From Candidatus Margulisiibacteriota bacterium (GTDB taxonomy: Bacteria > Margulisbacteria > WOR-1 > O2-12-FULL-45-9), in assembly GCA_034723395.1 (NCBI GenBank), contig JAYEOW010000029.1:64001-128000 (forward strand): a stretch of 64,000 bases of DNA, given 5' to 3'. This document shows positions 61,314-64,000 of this stretch, one piece after another (position 1 is the first letter of the stretch; each line of letters opens with the position of its first letter). A program made the translations under genes and the position numbers. The notes beneath the pieces are model-generated. The model saw only the letters and a list, made by a program, of their open reading frames with translations. It was not told the DNA's origin and did not search any database.

Positions 61314-64000
61314 TTAGTATGGTCTTACCATGTTCCAATTGATTGAGCTCTGAACAGGTTCGGTTAGCATGTAACCTTTACCTGGGATCAACTGTAATGT
61401 CGTTGGAGCAGCCAATGTTCCATCTAACCATGTTGCTGATTCGGTATGGACAGCGACGCCATCTACGCCGCCAATTGTGTCGGCGTTTGCGTCGAAATGA
61501 TAAGCCATAGCTGCGACTGTCGGACTTGGGGCATAGGATGAGGCATTTAATCCAGCATTAACAATATCAACTGGTATTGGATAAGGGTTAGCCATCCAGT
61601 TGGCAGGCATGGAGGCCCCGCCATCTAAGGTGCGGTCGTAATCGGCTTCTCGGACCATACCTACAAGAGTGATAAATCTACTGGTCATCGTGAAATAACC
61701 ATAGGTGTAACCAATTTCAATATCGGTAATTGGGCCTGTGGCGCCAGGATAAGTATCCCAAACACCACCAGAAAAGATCGATCCTTCGGTTACGTTTTTG
61801 CCGATGTCGAAAGACATGATCATATCCGTATCCGCGGCCTGATTTCCTATTACGTTTTCAAGCGTGGTATCACTTAGCTCTAAAGGACTTGAGATGAAAA
61901 ATCTTTCAATTTCGGTCCCAACCGCAATATCAAACTTCCCGGCCACATTGGTCTCCAGGTCGCTATCTTGCAGTGTATTTCCGGTAGGTATAATTTTGTA
62001 GTATTCTGCGGTTCCTTGTCCAACCTGGTTTTGGATCGTTATGGAGCCAATTGTAACATTGGCCTGTTCCAAAGTCCAATCCGCGGCGGCAGTCGTAAAA
62101 TACGAAGTATAGTTGCCATCCGTGTCGGTAGGGCAGGTCAATTTATAAACATCCACGCCGAGTCCCGGAGGGATCGTGTCCCAGGTAATAGTTATTCCAG
62201 AACCTGGATCATCGCCATCGCGGGTGATCTCGATATTTACGATCGGATCTCCGGCAGTAGAGCCGGTTTCAAAAGTAAACGGATTTGGCTGGGTGCCGGG
62301 GATCAAGGCGTGTCCGTTAGCCCCGTCTGCCGCAGTCACGTCAAATTCATATAAAGTATCGATAGCAAAAGGAGTATCGTGGACCAGCGTTACCTGGGTA
62401 GGTGAATTCCACTCGGCAGCTCTCCATCCTGTTGGATCCGGATTGATCGAATAGGTAAAGGTTGCCGGGTTAATATCCTGGTTAAAGGTGATAATAACTT
62501 CCTGGTTTAAGGTTACATCGGTTGAAGATTCAACCGGAGTAGTATTAATTATGTATGGAGCTAACTTGCTGGGATCGGTTGACGCCGTAAAAGTAAACTG
62601 GGTTGTGCCAGTTAAAGTTTCTGCCAGGGTGCTTTGCGCGCCGACATCAAATGTATATTCTGTGCCGACAGTGAATAGTTCACCGGCGTGAGGCAGGCTT
62701 GCCCGCGTATTCCCTTCGGTCCAGATAATGCCGTCAAAGTTCACGTTTGGCGTAATGTTCATGCTGAATGTGCTGGTGTCGACCGCGCGGTTGAACTTGA
62801 TCGTGACCGGCGCGTTTAACGCGACATCCGTTTCGTTATTAGTCGGATAAGTCTCGGTGACCTGGAACTCTCCGCCGCCGGTGTTAATTACAAAGTCGGC
62901 AGGCCCGGTCCCCCCATTTCCGAGGCCGTCACCACCATAAGGGGTGGTAGGGACCATAAGGTTCCCATCATCGGCTACGGCCATCCATTCGTATGCGCCG
63001 TCCGCTAGTCCGTCAAAAGTGATCCTTACCGTGGTCCCTGAAGGGACGGGATCGATAGAAATTCTGGTCGGGGGGTCCATCGTCTCCGCTATCCGGTATC
63101 CGGCGCTTGGAATAATTTCGTCTCCATCCGGATCGATAACTGTGAACTCGACGATTACCGTATTATTATCTGTCTCTTCCCCTTTTTGGAGCACAGTTGT
63201 CCCGTCATGCGCGTACTGCACCAGGTTTGTCGGATTATTGGGATATTGATTTCCGGCATAGATACTATAATCTTCAAAATTCCCGTCCGGGCTGTTGCTT
63301 AATCCCGCGTATTCCCCATTGTTGTCAACAGAGAGCCCGTCGGCCTTAATGGCGCTGGTTATCTCGGTCCCTGCTCCAGGGATACTGGAGGTATTGATCC
63401 TGTATATTTTAGTGGTGTTTTCGCCGGCATCCTGCGCCTTTTTGAATACCACTTTGCTGCCGTCCCGGGTAACGTCAAAGGCATTCCATCCGTACGACCC
63501 GGAGACATCACAGGTGACATTTCCGACCAATGATTCGTCGGATGTGTTGTAAGCCTTCACGACAACATCATCGTAACCGTTGACCGCGGCATAGAGCCGG
63601 TCGTTGCTGAACTTAAGATAAGTAGGGTAGGTAAGATCGGTGTTAATGACCTTCTCGTAAACCACAGTGTCGTTTACGTCTCCGTAGGTAAAGACGTAGA
63701 TCTCTCCAGCCGAAACTTTACGGGAAAGATATACCTTGTACGAAGTGGCGCTGGTCGAAGTGACCGCGATATCATAAAGATTGGTCTTTCCAGCGAGATT
63801 AGTGATAACCGCTTTAACATAGGTGTCGTTTAAGGTATCGAAGATAAGCATTCTGCCGATACCCTGATCAGCGACAAAGAGGCGGTTGTTGCCGCCAACA
63901 GCCATTCCGGCAGGAGAAGATGCGGACGCCCAATAGGCGCCGGTCATCTCATTGACGGTCCCGGTAGGAATACCGGTAGAAGGGGTTAACCCATGAGCCT
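61314..64000 (-). CDS. Large acidic surface protein with a beta-propeller and Big_5-like Ig domains, 5' end outside the window
   Basis: Frame is open to the window end; TYPTNNETDVALNAPVTIKFN and TTPVESSTDVTLNQEVIITFN repeats; YVTN/NHL-like blades. Confidence 0.72.
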   Translation of the reverse strand, partial: AHGLTPSTGIPTGTVNEMTGAYWASASSPAGMAVGGNNRLFVADQGIGRMLIFDTLNDTYVKAVITNLAGKTNLYDIAVTSTSATSYKVYLSRKVSAGEIYVFTYGDVNDTVVYEKVINTDLTYPTYLKFSNDRLYAAVNGYDDVVVKAYNTSDESLVGNVTCDVSGSYGWNAFDVTRDGSKVVFKKAQDAGENTTKIYRINTSSIPGAGTEITSAIKADGLSVDNNGEYAGLSNSPDGNFEDYSIYAGNQYPNNPTNLVQYAHDGTTVLQKGEETDNNTVIVEFTVIDPDGDEIIPSAGYRIAETMDPPTRISIDPVPSGTTVRITFDGLADGAYEWMAVADDGNLMVPTTPYGGDGLGNGGTGPADFVINTGGGEFQVTETYPTNNETDVALNAPVTIKFNRAVDTSTFSMNITPNVNFDGIIWTEGNTRASLPHAGELFTVGTEYTFDVGAQSTLAETLTGTTQFTFTASTDPSKLAPYIINTTPVESSTDVTLNQEVIITFNQDINPATFTYSINPDPTGWRAAEWNSPTQVTLVHDTPFAIDTLYEFDVTAADGANGHALIPGTQPNPFTFETGSTAGDPIVNIEITRDGDDPGSGITITWDTIPPGLGVDVYKLTCPTDTDGNYTSYFTTAAADWTLEQANVTIGSITIQNQVGQGTAEYYKIIPTGNTLQDSDLETNVAGKFDIAVGTEIERFFISSPLELSDTTLENVIGNQAADTDMIMSFDIGKNVTEGSIFSGGVWDTYPGATGPITDIEIGYTYGYFTMTSRFITLVGMVREADYDRTLDGGASMPANWMANPYPIPVDIVNAGLNASSYAPSPTVAAMAYHFDANADTIGGVDGVAVHTESATWLDGTLAAPTTLQLIPGKGYMLTEPVQSSINWNMVRPY

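Overview
Bacterial chromosomal window with no rRNA, CRISPR array, transposase or prophage. The gene repertoire (diderm PorV-like barrels with SLH domains, GTP-PEPCK, PPDK, short RpoD) resembles Margulisbacteria/Saganbacteria-type genomes, but that is an impression only. Housekeeping content: pckG, tig-clpP-lon, a TrpE/PabB-family gene, five tRNAs, a LeuT-like transporter, ppdK-dgt-dnaG-rpoD, yqeK-LCP-rsfS, a GlmU N-domain, glmM, AmmeMemo A/B, argCJB and glmS. Also present: a GH161/GH42/GH94 glycan locus, a two-component system with a degenerate NtrC, orphan gene clusters, and large Ig/IPT surface proteins. Four structures stand out beyond the gene list. (1) A sigma-28-like promoter motif, TGAAA-N15-(N)CCGATAA with an invariant 15-nt spacer, occurs seven times, in front of five orphan or exported-protein genes and in front of rpoD; it is a candidate developmental or host-interaction regulon. 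(2) A family of CCCTCACCC...CCCTCTCCC/GGGAGAGGG...GGGTGAGGG palindromic elements flanks a DUF559 nuclease gene, is dispersed elsewhere including in frame in a CDS, and brackets a 3-gene cluster as an inverted pair. (3) PorV-like barrels (one fused to SLH domains) lie next to a protein with a T9SS-like C-terminal domain. (4) There are apparent pseudo-enzymes (RelA/SpoT, NtrC) and domain-deleted housekeeping proteins (trigger factor, GlmU). All calls are from motif recognition by eye; no searches were run.
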